64,000 bases of DNA from Bdellovibrionota bacterium (GTDB taxonomy: Bacteria; Bdellovibrionota; UBA1018; CAIPTA01; JAALKR01): the NCBI GenBank assembly GCA_965207455.1, contig CBDBMJ010000001.1:1056001-1120000 (forward strand), read 5' to 3'. A program made the translations under genes and the position numbers. Numbering within the stretch: position 1 is the stretch's first letter; each line of letters opens with the position of its first letter. The notes below the pieces were generated by a model. That model was not told the DNA's origin and made no database searches. It saw nothing but the letters and a program-made list of their open reading frames with translations. This document shows, in pieces, positions 47,347 to 57,275 of this stretch.

Positions 47347-47423
47347 TGGAGGTGACGGTGAGATTCGAACTCACGAACCGAGGTTTTGCAAACCTGTCCC
47401 TTAGGCCACTCGGGCACGTCACC
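47347..47423 (-). tRNA. tRNA-Cys (GCA)
   Basis: Cloverleaf with GGTGACG/CGTCACC acceptor stem, anticodon loop TTGCAAA, GTTCGAAT T-loop, U73 and encoded CCA. C27-C43 mismatch noted. Confidence 0.95.
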
Positions 47424-47448
47424 TTTGTTTTGTTTTATGAAAGTATGA

Positions 47449-48081
47449 TTAAACACCTGGTTGGTCTCCCCAGATAAGTTTATGCATTTGGGGTTGGAAG
47501 CGTACGGGAAGGCCGTCTTTAAGAATAAGTTTGGGTAACCATTCCAGGTTTCCCTTTTCTGGAGAGACGGGAGATAGGTGGATGATAAATCGTTCCAGGT
47601 TGTGGTCGACAATAAAATTTTTAGCAAAGGTATAGTCATTTTGATCCACTAATACAAATTTTACTTCATCATTGGGGCGAAGTTTAGAAATATTTTCTAT
47701 TGTTTTACTATTTGCCTCGCCACTCCCAGGAGTCTTTATATCCATAACAATTCGTACCTCAGAGGGCACTACAGATATATCTTCCACACCATTTGTTTCC
47801 AACATTACTTCATAGCCGTGCTCAATGAGTCTTTCCATTAGGCCGGGGCATTCCTTTTGCTCCAGCGGCTCTCCACCAGTCACCTGCACCAGTTTTGTGG
47901 GATAGGACTGGACCTGCTCCATTATTTCTGCGATAGACATTTCTTTTCCCTGGTAGTAGGCATATTTTGTGTCGCAATAACCGCAGCGAAGCTTGCAGCC
48001 TGTGAGTCGAATAAATGCACACGGGCGACCCATCTGGGTGCTCTCTCCTTGCAAACTGTAAAAAATTTCATTTATTTTCAA
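47449..48081 (-). CDS. queE: 7-carboxy-7-deazaguanine synthase QueE (radical SAM)
   Basis: INEIFYSLQGE, RLTGCKLRCGYCDT, TGGEPL, ETNG, QMHK. Alternative start at 48120. Confidence 0.9.
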   Translation of the reverse strand: MKINEIFYSLQGESTQMGRPCAFIRLTGCKLRCGYCDTKYAYYQGKEMSIAEIMEQVQSYPTKLVQVTGGEPLEQKECPGLMERLIEHGYEVMLETNGVEDISVVPSEVRIVMDIKTPGSGEANSKTIENISKLRPNDEVKFVLVDQNDYTFAKNFIVDHNLERFIIHLSPVSPEKGNLEWLPKLILKDGLPVRFQPQMHKLIWGDQPGV

Positions 48082-48204
48082 AACAAAAACCTTCGAAATG
48101 CATTGCCTCAATGAATACAAAGATTAGCACAATACAACCCCATACTGGGAGAATATAATAAATTTTAAAGCAAAAGGAGCGCCGCGCTATTGTGGGTTTA
48201 ATCT

Positions 48205-49500
48205 TTAGATGCGAAAACTCAAGCTAAAACCGTAGGTGACAATATTCCCTCCCGTTTGGTACTCAGGAGCACCAATATCTGTGGGGTTTGTCTTGATGAT
48301 TTTTTTATCCACCAAGTCCTGGTATTGGAAAAAACCATTGAGTCGTATTCGATCTGTTGCCTGCCAAGGGCTAGCCACAGCAATGCCCACACCCAAACTA
48401 AATACATGCTTATCGTTATCCACAAAATTAGTTTTTCCGTTTTGCTCCGGCACAAATGTTTCCTGATAAAAATATCCAGACCGCAATGTTATTTCTTTCA
48501 AAAAAGACCGAGAGTATTCTTTTTGGTACTGAATGCCAATCTTGGGAACCCAAATATCCGTAAACGGCTTTGCTTCTTCACCAAAACTGAGTGCATTAAT
48601 CGAACCTTGAGTGTAGGGACTTTTATATTCACTCCACCCTATTCGAGATATATCTACAGATGCAGTCCAATTTTTCCATGGCTTTGCGGAAATAGAGAGA
48701 GTCCACTCCGACGGATGAAATAGGAAAAATCGGGATGTTTGAGTTTTAATGGGCACACCTGAAATCTCCACATTGGCATCAATTTTAGATTGAAATTCCC
48801 GTTTTGTTCGATACAGCAATCCAACCATTAGGGGCAGTTTTTCTTTATTGTCGTAATTAAAGTCGTATACGAGAGCGAGAAAAGGACGGAGCTTGTTGCG
48901 AACTTCAACCACAGAACCTGACCATTGAACGGAATCGTCTTTTCGAAAATTATAATACGCCACTGATTCAATCGACGTATCCCCGCCCACCCCCAAAGAA
49001 AGCCCATCATAAACTCGAAAGCCCGCACTAAATACATAGAAAACATTACGACTCAAATCCTGATAAGTGAGATAAAAAGGATGGTTCACTGGATTTTCCT
49101 GGGATCTGGAAATAGATTCACTGGGTAGGTAGGCAGCTAGGCCAAATGTGAGGGGTCGGGTTTTTTTACCTATGGGTATGGTGAGACCCAGTACTTGTCC
49201 AAATCCTCCTAAAACCTTAGAGGAATTGAATTTTCCCATCGTTCCTGTTTTATCAATCACCACTGTTCCGAATGAACGAAGGTTGGGTTTCATGGATAAA
49301 AAGCCTATGGAAAGCTCTGTTTTAGAGAGAAATCCAAGCGCTGCGGGATTGGTATATGTGTTATAGCTGCCTGACTGATCTTTAATTAAACTCGTTGTGC
49401 CCATGGATATACTCTCTGGACCAAAGCCAAACGTACGCGACAAACCCGTGCCTTGAGCCTCTAGGGAAAGAAAAAGAAAAATATATGCTAGCTTTTTCAT
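48205..49500 (-). CDS. OmpP1/FadL-family outer membrane transporter
   Basis: Signal peptide, SISMG...NPAAL plug motif, amphipathic beta strands and C-terminal FSLSFRI. Confidence 0.72.
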   Translation of the reverse strand: MKKLAYIFLFLSLEAQGTGLSRTFGFGPESISMGTTSLIKDQSGSYNTYTNPAALGFLSKTELSIGFLSMKPNLRSFGTVVIDKTGTMGKFNSSKVLGGFGQVLGLTIPIGKKTRPLTFGLAAYLPSESISRSQENPVNHPFYLTYQDLSRNVFYVFSAGFRVYDGLSLGVGGDTSIESVAYYNFRKDDSVQWSGSVVEVRNKLRPFLALVYDFNYDNKEKLPLMVGLLYRTKREFQSKIDANVEISGVPIKTQTSRFFLFHPSEWTLSISAKPWKNWTASVDISRIGWSEYKSPYTQGSINALSFGEEAKPFTDIWVPKIGIQYQKEYSRSFLKEITLRSGYFYQETFVPEQNGKTNFVDNDKHVFSLGVGIAVASPWQATDRIRLNGFFQYQDLVDKKIIKTNPTDIGAPEYQTGGNIVTYGFSLSFRI

Positions 49501-52065
49501 CTATTCCCGTATTCCCATCAATCGACGAATGAGAAGTAAAATATCCTCAAGCTCTCCAGAGTTTATTTTTTCTCTTAAAAAATCTAGAGAGGGAAGCACT
49601 TTTTTGTCTTCAAGCAATTGACTCAAAGAAATAAGCACCTCAGTGAAATTAGGATCTCTCATTAACTGGGCTAGCTTTTTTCTCTGCTCATCTTTATTAC
49701 CGGAGGTTTCACTAAAGATTTCATTTAATTCTTTCACGTCGGATTCTTGCACCACTTTTCCTAAAGAAAGCAGGAAACGTTCCGTATCTTTTTTTCCTTC
49801 TGAAAATAAAGGCCTAGTGGCTGTGAAAATTTCTCCTCCAAGGGAACTGTGATAATTAAATTGATCCCGTGGACGAAGAAGTGCTTTTAAAACATATTTT
49901 AAAGCATCCGTTCCATCTGAGTGTTTATGGAGCTCTCTTTTATTGGCTTCCCATACATTAGTGGTCGCAATATTTTTATCATCCCGATTATAGAGCATCT
50001 TCACTAAATCGCTCCAAACGGGCATGGATTTCTCCACCCATCCTGTTCTATAACATTCGGCAAGCACGTTTACCCATCGACGAACTAAGTTACTCCCAAG
50101 CCTACTCCCATCATCTCGCTCACTCAAAGCCCGACTTAAAATATTTAAGCTGCGACTAAAACCACTCTCCACAAATAAAACATAATTATCCACATTCTCC
50201 AATAACAAAAGACCTACTTTTAAGTTTTTATCATTACCCTTAAAAATCTTTGGCAAAAGAGTTTCTTTCATCCACTCCATGTTTCCTTTATTGAGCAAGT
50301 CGAACATTCTCAACCTATGGATGATCTTCTCCATTGTGGCTGGATTACGATAAGTAGAGGAGTAAAACCACTGCATCAGCGTATATTTTTCTTCCTCATA
50401 GGACGCACCCATTAGTTCTTTTAAGAAACTAGCACCCAAGACAAGAAGATTGTCCACAACAATACTTGCCCCCCATGCATCTCTTACACTACTAAGCCAT
50501 GCGGTTTTTAATTGCTTATATGGAGTATTCTCCCCATTATCTAATAAATAAATTCTAGAAAATTCCACCACTAACTCTTCCAGCACCACTGTCTTTTCTT
50601 CCGACTCAGCATCGAGCATCTCATCAAAGGCAAGTTTGGTGTATTTAGAAAGCATCTCCTCGTTACGAAATAAAGTAAGCAAGTGTTTTTTAAACGGCTC
50701 ATATAATAATTTACTATTTCTTCCTTCCGAGTATTCTGACTCAAACTCCCGGGCAATCAATTCCTCTAAAACTGAATCTCCTTGGCCTGAGTCCACAAAA
50801 AACTCAGAAAAGAATTCATCTTCTAAAATCGATTTCTTTATGAAGTCTTGAAACTCATTTAAAGTAATTTCACAGTACCATAGATCCTCGTCGCAAATTT
50901 TGCCATTGTCTTTCGTAATACTTTCTTGCTGTTCAATATATTCATCGAAATAATCACTTATGCTTATATCATCAAGAATACCGTCCACTCCATGGGTAAC
51001 GAAAAAATCAAATAACTTGCCATGTATCTGCGCTATGTGTTCAGGAGAACTAAGCCAACTCAACACCTGATCCATAAAACCAGGCAAGGGCTGATTGAAT
51101 TCATATATTAAATGAAATAACTCGGGCACGGGAGAGTTCTTCCCAGGCGATAAAAACTTCTTCACTTTCTCACGACGATTGCTTTCACAAACATCCATAT
51201 CTCCATTTCCGCTGCAACCGTTGAGAGCAGGCAACACATATTCCCCTCGTATCTCTCCACCAGCCTCCTGGTAAATGGTTCCGAAAACATCCAAGGAATT
51301 AGCATCGTCAAACATATCTAGAAAACCGTGCTCTGGATATTTAAAATCACTTAACCCATCCACTAACTCCAACAACAATAAAGCATTCGTCTTCTCTTCC
51401 CCCTGCCATACATTTTTCTTTTCCAAAAAAACAAAGAAATCTTTTGCAAAATGCGTATCTCTCCCCTTCTCCTCACTAAAAGAAAATAAATAAGATAAAT
51501 TTTTGTATAACCTGGGATACTCTGGATCATAAACAAGCAAGGATAGGGGGGGCAATGCCGTGGACCAAATGTCCTTTCCACTATTGAGCGTTTGGGCAAC
51601 CAAAGGCAGAGACGTACGAAATGCAGAGTTGTGAATAAGGCTGGCAAGTGAAGGTAAAAGCTCGTCAATGGGACTCTCTCCATTTTCATCTTCCTGAAAC
51701 CAGGGCTCCATCTTTTGCTTAATATTTTTAGAAGCGTCGCTAATGCTGTGAACACTCTCCATTAAATTGCGTGCAAAATCGTCGAAACTTTCACTATGCA
51801 ATAGGGGAGATATACCTTTAAACTTATCGTCGTAATTCAAACAATCAAATAAAGTCAAATAACTCTTCCGATTAAGCAAATCATGCTCAAAGGAAACCTG
51901 AGAACATAAATCCCTCTTCCGTAACTGCATCTCGGAATCTTCCAAAACCTGAGGAAGGAGAACAAAACTGCCTGCCGTATTCTCCCCACTGGAACAAGAA
52001 AATAAAAATGGAATCCAAAGAAAGAAAAAAAGAATCCCCTTGTGTGCGCTGAGTCTCCAAATCAT
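49501..52065 (-). CDS. Large helical hypothetical lipoprotein
   Basis: 854-aa ORF with lipobox-like LFSC. Stop abuts the FadL-like start. Confidence 0.75.
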   Translation of the reverse strand: MIWRLSAHKGILFFFLWIPFLFSCSSGENTAGSFVLLPQVLEDSEMQLRKRDLCSQVSFEHDLLNRKSYLTLFDCLNYDDKFKGISPLLHSESFDDFARNLMESVHSISDASKNIKQKMEPWFQEDENGESPIDELLPSLASLIHNSAFRTSLPLVAQTLNSGKDIWSTALPPLSLLVYDPEYPRLYKNLSYLFSFSEEKGRDTHFAKDFFVFLEKKNVWQGEEKTNALLLLELVDGLSDFKYPEHGFLDMFDDANSLDVFGTIYQEAGGEIRGEYVLPALNGCSGNGDMDVCESNRREKVKKFLSPGKNSPVPELFHLIYEFNQPLPGFMDQVLSWLSSPEHIAQIHGKLFDFFVTHGVDGILDDISISDYFDEYIEQQESITKDNGKICDEDLWYCEITLNEFQDFIKKSILEDEFFSEFFVDSGQGDSVLEELIAREFESEYSEGRNSKLLYEPFKKHLLTLFRNEEMLSKYTKLAFDEMLDAESEEKTVVLEELVVEFSRIYLLDNGENTPYKQLKTAWLSSVRDAWGASIVVDNLLVLGASFLKELMGASYEEEKYTLMQWFYSSTYRNPATMEKIIHRLRMFDLLNKGNMEWMKETLLPKIFKGNDKNLKVGLLLLENVDNYVLFVESGFSRSLNILSRALSERDDGSRLGSNLVRRWVNVLAECYRTGWVEKSMPVWSDLVKMLYNRDDKNIATTNVWEANKRELHKHSDGTDALKYVLKALLRPRDQFNYHSSLGGEIFTATRPLFSEGKKDTERFLLSLGKVVQESDVKELNEIFSETSGNKDEQRKKLAQLMRDPNFTEVLISLSQLLEDKKVLPSLDFLREKINSGELEDILLLIRRLMGIRE

Positions 52066-52071
52066 GCATGG

Positions 52072-52101
52072 AGTTTAGCACGGGGCTGTAATTTTACGCA
52101 A
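52072..52101 (-). promoter_or_regulatory. Extended -10 sigma70 promoter ending 6 nt before ATG 52065 (leaderless candidate)
   Basis: TTGCGT-18-(TGc)TAAACT-CCATGC-ATG, with no SD. Confidence 0.55.
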
Positions 52102-52142
52102 GCACTAGCCATTCGATCGCAACGCGTTAATGCAAAAAATAA

Positions 52143-52472
52143 TTAAGTAGTTTTTGGCTGGTTTTTTTGACTGGAGGGAGAACGAGAAACTCCTCTTCGC
52201 TGCTTTTGAATTTTTGTTCGAACCTGCAACAAACGAAAGGATAATTTCTCCGGCTTAGCCTTCATCAAAACAGGAACAATTCCACCCAACTTATCCACTG
52301 TGCGAATAGCTCGAGTTGAAAGATACAACTGCATCGTCCTTCCTAACTCCGGAATAGTATATTTCTTAGAACGTAGGTTTAACTCCCAACGGGTGCGAGT
52401 CCTGTTTTTGGCATGACTCACGTTGTTACCGTAATTTGGCCTTTTTCCTGTAAGTTCACATAAGCGCGGCAT
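52143..52472 (-). CDS. rpmB: 50S ribosomal protein L28 with C-terminal extension
   Basis: MPRLCELTGKRPNYGNNVSHAKNRTRTRWELNL. Confidence 0.93.
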   Translation of the reverse strand: MPRLCELTGKRPNYGNNVSHAKNRTRTRWELNLRSKKYTIPELGRTMQLYLSTRAIRTVDKLGGIVPVLMKAKPEKLSFRLLQVRTKIQKQRRGVSRSPSSQKNQPKTT

Positions 52473-52513
52473 AATTCTAACCTCTCTACTACATCACCTA
52501 TCATAGGGAAGTT

Positions 52514-53536
52514 CTAAAAGCAAGTTTTCAAGGATTTATTGATCTCCCGAACTAGCCCCGGCCCCCTATAAATAAGCCCCGTATACAATTCCAAAAGATT
52601 GGCCCCTGCCTCCAGTCGGGCTTTGGCATCCTCTCCATCACTCAACCCTCCCACAGAAATAAGAAGGGGCTTGGGACCCATCTGTCGACGTAATTTTTCG
52701 ATATGGGAAACCGAAAGCTCCCTAAGGGGCCTGCCACTAATCCCCCCAGACTCCTGACTAAAGTCCACAGCATCCCTTTGGATCGGCAAATCCCGACGAG
52801 TGCTCGTATTCGTCGCAACAATTCCTCCACAACCACTCTCCATGGCTATATCTATGGTTTGCTCCAAGCTATCCCCCATGTCCGGCGATATTTTTAATAA
52901 AAAAGAGGGCGCATTTCCCTGCCCACATTCCCGAATCTTGGAACCAATGGACCGGAGCAAAGGTCGCAAAAAATTTTCCTCCTGCAAATCACGCAAACCA
53001 GGCGTGTTCGGAGAACTAATATTCACCACAAAAAAATCCGCATAACGGTAAAGCCTCTCTATCAATAAAACATAATCCAAATGGGCTTTCTCCAGAGGAG
53101 TATCCTTATTTTTTCCAATATTGATCCCAATGGGACAGGCCCTGGAACCCAACCTCTCTAAACGCTGAGCCACCACCCCCATCCCCTCATTATTAAATCC
53201 CATTCGATTAATAAGACCCTCAGATTCCTTTAACCGAAACAAACGGGGCTTGGGATTTCCCCCCTGAGGTAACGGGGTAACCGTACCAATCTCCACAAAA
53301 CCAAAACCCAATGCCATCATCGAAGGCAGCAACTCCCCATTTTTATCAAAGCCCGCAGCCAAGCCTAATGGGGAGTGAAATGCTCGGTTAAAATATTCAT
53401 ATTTTTTCTCTCCTCGAAGATAATAAGGAAAAGAAAACGCCACCTTATTGGTTATTTTCAGAAAAAACAGAACAACACTGTGGGCCATCTCTGGGGGGAT
53501 GCGAAAAAAAATCCAACGAAAGAATTGCCAAACCAT
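52514..53536 (-). CDS. pyrD: Quinone-dependent dihydroorotate dehydrogenase
   Basis: GLAAGFDKNG, INRMGFNN, NISSPNTPGLR, GGISGRPL. Confidence 0.96.
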   Translation of the reverse strand: MVWQFFRWIFFRIPPEMAHSVVLFFLKITNKVAFSFPYYLRGEKKYEYFNRAFHSPLGLAAGFDKNGELLPSMMALGFGFVEIGTVTPLPQGGNPKPRLFRLKESEGLINRMGFNNEGMGVVAQRLERLGSRACPIGINIGKNKDTPLEKAHLDYVLLIERLYRYADFFVVNISSPNTPGLRDLQEENFLRPLLRSIGSKIRECGQGNAPSFLLKISPDMGDSLEQTIDIAMESGCGGIVATNTSTRRDLPIQRDAVDFSQESGGISGRPLRELSVSHIEKLRRQMGPKPLLISVGGLSDGEDAKARLEAGANLLELYTGLIYRGPGLVREINKSLKTCF

Positions 53537-53617
53537 GAATAACTTTATATCACAGGTATAAGGAGAAGGTTGCCAAAGCCATAATCGTGCTTATTCTATT
53601 AAGGAAGCGAAAATACT

Positions 53618-56071
53618 ATGACCATGAAAAAAACAAAAAAAATCCAAACTGGCGTATCTAAGGACCACCCCCCCGTACTCCCCCTTATGGCCATAGAGTC
53701 CAGCCCTGTGTTTCCCGGCCTTGTTGCCTCCATTCATGTCCCCCCAGGAAAATCCATCCTAAGCATTAAGCGGGCCATGTCTGAAAATCGTATCATTGGC
53801 TTTCTTCTGCCCAAGCAGGAACTCAAACACCCTCCCCACACAGAGGAAGCGGATGCTGATGCTCCTGAGGTGCACTATTCCATGGATGAGCTCTACAGAA
53901 AGGGCGTGAGTGTACGCATCCTAAAAAAAGTACTCATGCCGGACGAAAGCATGAATATACTCGTCCACGGCATTGAGCGTTTCCAAGTGAGTATTCTCCT
54001 GCAAAAGGATCCCTATATATATTCTCGTGTGAAGTACATGAAAACTTCCGACAAAAAAACAAAGGAAACAGAGGCACTGGCAAGAACAATTATTCAGCAA
54101 GTAAAGCACCTTTCTAAGTCCAATCCCTTCTTTACGGAAGAGATGAAAATTGCCATGATCAATTCGCCTTCCCCGGGTGTCCTATCGGATATGGTTGCCT
54201 TTGCTCTTTCCTTGCATGGAAAGGAAGCCCAGACCTATTTAGAAACCTCGAACGTACGGGAACGTCTCCTAAAACTGCTTGTATTCCTTCGTAAGGAAAA
54301 AGACATGGCCGACGTGCAAAGAAAACTAGCCGACGAGGTGGACCTGCGTGTGGAAAAATTCCAACGGGAATATATGCTCAAGGAGCAGCTAAAGAGTATT
54401 AAAAAAGAATTGGGCATGGAGGAAGATGAAAAGACAAAGGAATATCGTCTGCTCAAAGAAAAAATAAAAAAAGCGGACCTTCCAAAGCACGCCCAAACGG
54501 TGGCAGATCAGGAACTGCGACGACTACAAACCATCACAGAACACAGCCCAGAATACCACCTCACCCGGAATTATATCGAGTGGATCGGTGATCTCCCATG
54601 GACAAAATTCACCGAGGATAATCTCAACTTAAAAAATAGTTCTATAATTTTAGATAAAGACCATTTTGGGCTAAAGGACGTGAAAGATCGCATCCTAGAG
54701 TTCTTAGCGGTACGTAACCTCAAGCCAAAATCTGAGGGCTCCATACTATGCTTCGTGGGTCCCCCTGGCGTGGGGAAAACAAGCTTAGGAAAGGCTATCG
54801 CGAAAGCATTGGGACGAAATTTCTTTCGCTTTTCCTTGGGAGGCATGCGGGATGAAACGGAAATCAACGGTCACCGACGAACATACGTGGGAGCTATGCC
54901 GGGAAAAATCATACAAGCCCTCAAGCGAGTGGGATCCAACAACGCCCTTATCATGTTCGACGAAGTGGACAAAATGCACAGCAGTTACCACGGAGACCCT
55001 GGCGGGGCTCTTCTGGAAGTTCTGGACCCAGAACAAAATAAAAATTTCCTAGATCATTATTTGGATATTCCTTTTGACCTATCGAAAATCATGTTCATTG
55101 CTACTGCCAACGATATCTCCACCATTTCTCCAGCCCTACGGGATCGCATGGAAATCATAGAGCTCCCCGGCTACACCCAAGAGGAAAAGGAAATTATTGC
55201 TAAAAAACATGTCATTCCCCGATCTTTGGAAAAGCATGGCTTGAAAAATACAATGCTAAAAATTCCTGTGGCTAGCTTACGAAAAATTTTAAACAACTAC
55301 GCAAGGGAACCGGGGGTACGAAGCCTACAGCAACAGATGGATAAAATCTGTAGACGAACGGCTCGCATGCGAGTGGAAGGCAAAAGGGGAAAGAAAGCCA
55401 TAACTGTCCAGCCCACAAAAATAGAGGACTGGCTAGGCCCTCAACGCTTCTTCAATGAAGCCCAATCTCGACTCCAACAGCCCGGCGTAATGACAGGCCT
55501 TGCTTGGACACCCATGGGAGGAGAACTCCTATTTATTGAAGCCATTGCACTCCAGGGAACGGGAGAACTAAAGCTTACGGGAAAAATGGGCGACGTGATG
55601 ACTGAAAGTGCAAAAATTGCTCTCTCCTACCTAAAAAAATATCTCCACCAACAAAAGAATCTGAAATTGCGATCCGTTGTTAGGAACAAAAAAAATGAAA
55701 ACCCCATGGTCTCTCCACAAGAGTGGTTCAAAACCCACGATATCCATGTACATATTCCTTCCGGTGCGATTCCTAAGGACGGCCCTTCAGCAGGCATTAC
55801 CATGTCCTCTGCCCTATTGTCCCTGACCTTGGGAAAACTAGCCCAACCCAAAATTGCCATGACGGGAGAATTATCTTTGGTGGGCAGGGTGCTACCCGTT
55901 GGTGGTGTGCGAGATAAAGTACTTGCTGCTAAACGTTCGGGTATTAAGCATATCATTTTACCCGAATGGAACCGTCAGGACTTAAAAGAAATTCCATTGA
56001 GCCAACGCAAAGGATTAAAATTCAGTTTTGTGTCCCATGTAAATAAGGTTTTTGATCTAGTTCTGCGTTAA
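53618..56071 (+). CDS. lon: ATP-dependent protease La
   Basis: GPPGVGKTS, HRRTYVGAMPG, PKDGPSAG, VGGVRDK. Confidence 0.97.
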   Translation: MTMKKTKKIQTGVSKDHPPVLPLMAIESSPVFPGLVASIHVPPGKSILSIKRAMSENRIIGFLLPKQELKHPPHTEEADADAPEVHYSMDELYRKGVSVRILKKVLMPDESMNILVHGIERFQVSILLQKDPYIYSRVKYMKTSDKKTKETEALARTIIQQVKHLSKSNPFFTEEMKIAMINSPSPGVLSDMVAFALSLHGKEAQTYLETSNVRERLLKLLVFLRKEKDMADVQRKLADEVDLRVEKFQREYMLKEQLKSIKKELGMEEDEKTKEYRLLKEKIKKADLPKHAQTVADQELRRLQTITEHSPEYHLTRNYIEWIGDLPWTKFTEDNLNLKNSSIILDKDHFGLKDVKDRILEFLAVRNLKPKSEGSILCFVGPPGVGKTSLGKAIAKALGRNFFRFSLGGMRDETEINGHRRTYVGAMPGKIIQALKRVGSNNALIMFDEVDKMHSSYHGDPGGALLEVLDPEQNKNFLDHYLDIPFDLSKIMFIATANDISTISPALRDRMEIIELPGYTQEEKEIIAKKHVIPRSLEKHGLKNTMLKIPVASLRKILNNYAREPGVRSLQQQMDKICRRTARMRVEGKRGKKAITVQPTKIEDWLGPQRFFNEAQSRLQQPGVMTGLAWTPMGGELLFIEAIALQGTGELKLTGKMGDVMTESAKIALSYLKKYLHQQKNLKLRSVVRNKKNENPMVSPQEWFKTHDIHVHIPSGAIPKDGPSAGITMSSALLSLTLGKLAQPKIAMTGELSLVGRVLPVGGVRDKVLAAKRSGIKHIILPEWNRQDLKEIPLSQRKGLKFSFVSHVNKVFDLVLR

Positions 56072-56122
56072 AGAAAACCATTGCCCATAACAGACCTCTA
56101 GTGGTAAAAAAAACAAGCAATT

Positions 56123-57253
56123 ATGGAAACAAAAGCAACAAACAACAGGGCGTATTTTAGGGCGTATTTTAGAGCGTATTTTAGAGCGTATTTTTTTCTC
56201 ACCCCTACCATGCTCCTACTCCTAGCCACTAATTCTTTGGCCAGCAACCTAACGCTTCGCCTTATGCACGAATCCACCCTTTCCACCAACACCTTCTTTC
56301 AAAACACAAAGCTGGGCGGACTATCGGGTCTTCACCTAAGTGGCAACACAATTCTTGCCATTAGTGATGATAAAGGTTTTCACAGTCCACCGCGAATCTA
56401 TACTTTTTCCCTTACCCCAAACCGTAAGCTCCCTATTGAGCCCAAGGAAGTAATCTTTTTAAACGATCGACACCAAAAGCCCTTTCCTCCCGGATCGGTG
56501 GACTTGGAAGCTATCACTCGCCTTCCCAACCAAATGTTTCTGATCCCGTCCGAGCCCTATGGAAATAAACCTCCTATTCTCTATCTCTTTTCCCTAAAAA
56601 AAATAGGCAGCACCACCATTGCCCAAGAAACAGACACTCTTCCCATTCCTCCCAAATTTCACCCCACGGCAACAACGGGATTGCGAAATAATAATGGATT
56701 TGAATCTGCCCACTACTTTCCCTCCAATGGACGGATTTATGTGGGAGCGGAAAAAGCTCTTCGTCAAGATGCAAAGGATCGTGAACTCCACAGGGGTAGC
56801 TTCACACGCATAATCGAATATACTCCCCATAATAATACCTTCCTACCCGGTAAAGAATTTCTATATCCCGTAAGTGCTGTAAAAAACTACGCAGACATTG
56901 GTCTTGTGGAACTGGCTTCCCATAGGAATACCCTCCTTGCCTTGGAGCGATCCTATAGCGTGGGGGGTGGCACTAGAATAAAGATTTTCTCTCTCGATCT
57001 TATGAACGCCACGGATGTATCTGCTTGGAGCTCCATACGGGGAAAAGAATTTAAAGCTATTGGGAAAACACTGCTCTGGGACTCTAAGAGCCAAGCGCTT
57101 CTGGTGGATAACTTGGAGGGAATGATCGTTGGTCCTCCTCTTTACGGTTCCAACCCCACCCTACTCTTAGTCAGCGACAATAATTTTAATCCAAAGCAAA
57201 AAACACAATGGATTATTTTTGAACTTAATGAAAATCAACCAAAAACCAACTAG
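56123..57253 (+). CDS. Esterase-like activity of phytase family protein
   Basis: LGGLSGL, AISDD, DLEAI, NNGFES, DNLEGM, VSDNNF. Confidence 0.85.
   Translation: METKATNNRAYFRAYFRAYFRAYFFLTPTMLLLLATNSLASNLTLRLMHESTLSTNTFFQNTKLGGLSGLHLSGNTILAISDDKGFHSPPRIYTFSLTPNRKLPIEPKEVIFLNDRHQKPFPPGSVDLEAITRLPNQMFLIPSEPYGNKPPILYLFSLKKIGSTTIAQETDTLPIPPKFHPTATTGLRNNNGFESAHYFPSNGRIYVGAEKALRQDAKDRELHRGSFTRIIEYTPHNNTFLPGKEFLYPVSAVKNYADIGLVELASHRNTLLALERSYSVGGGTRIKIFSLDLMNATDVSAWSSIRGKEFKAIGKTLLWDSKSQALLVDNLEGMIVGPPLYGSNPTLLLVSDNNFNPKQKTQWIIFELNENQPKTN
56147..56194 (+). repeat. 12-bp tandem repeat x4 (AGRGCGTATTTT)
   Basis: AGGGCGTATTTT x2 followed by AGAGCGTATTTT x2, encoding RAYF x4. Confidence 0.95.
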
Positions 57254-57275
57254 ACAAATAGAAAGGAATATTAAA

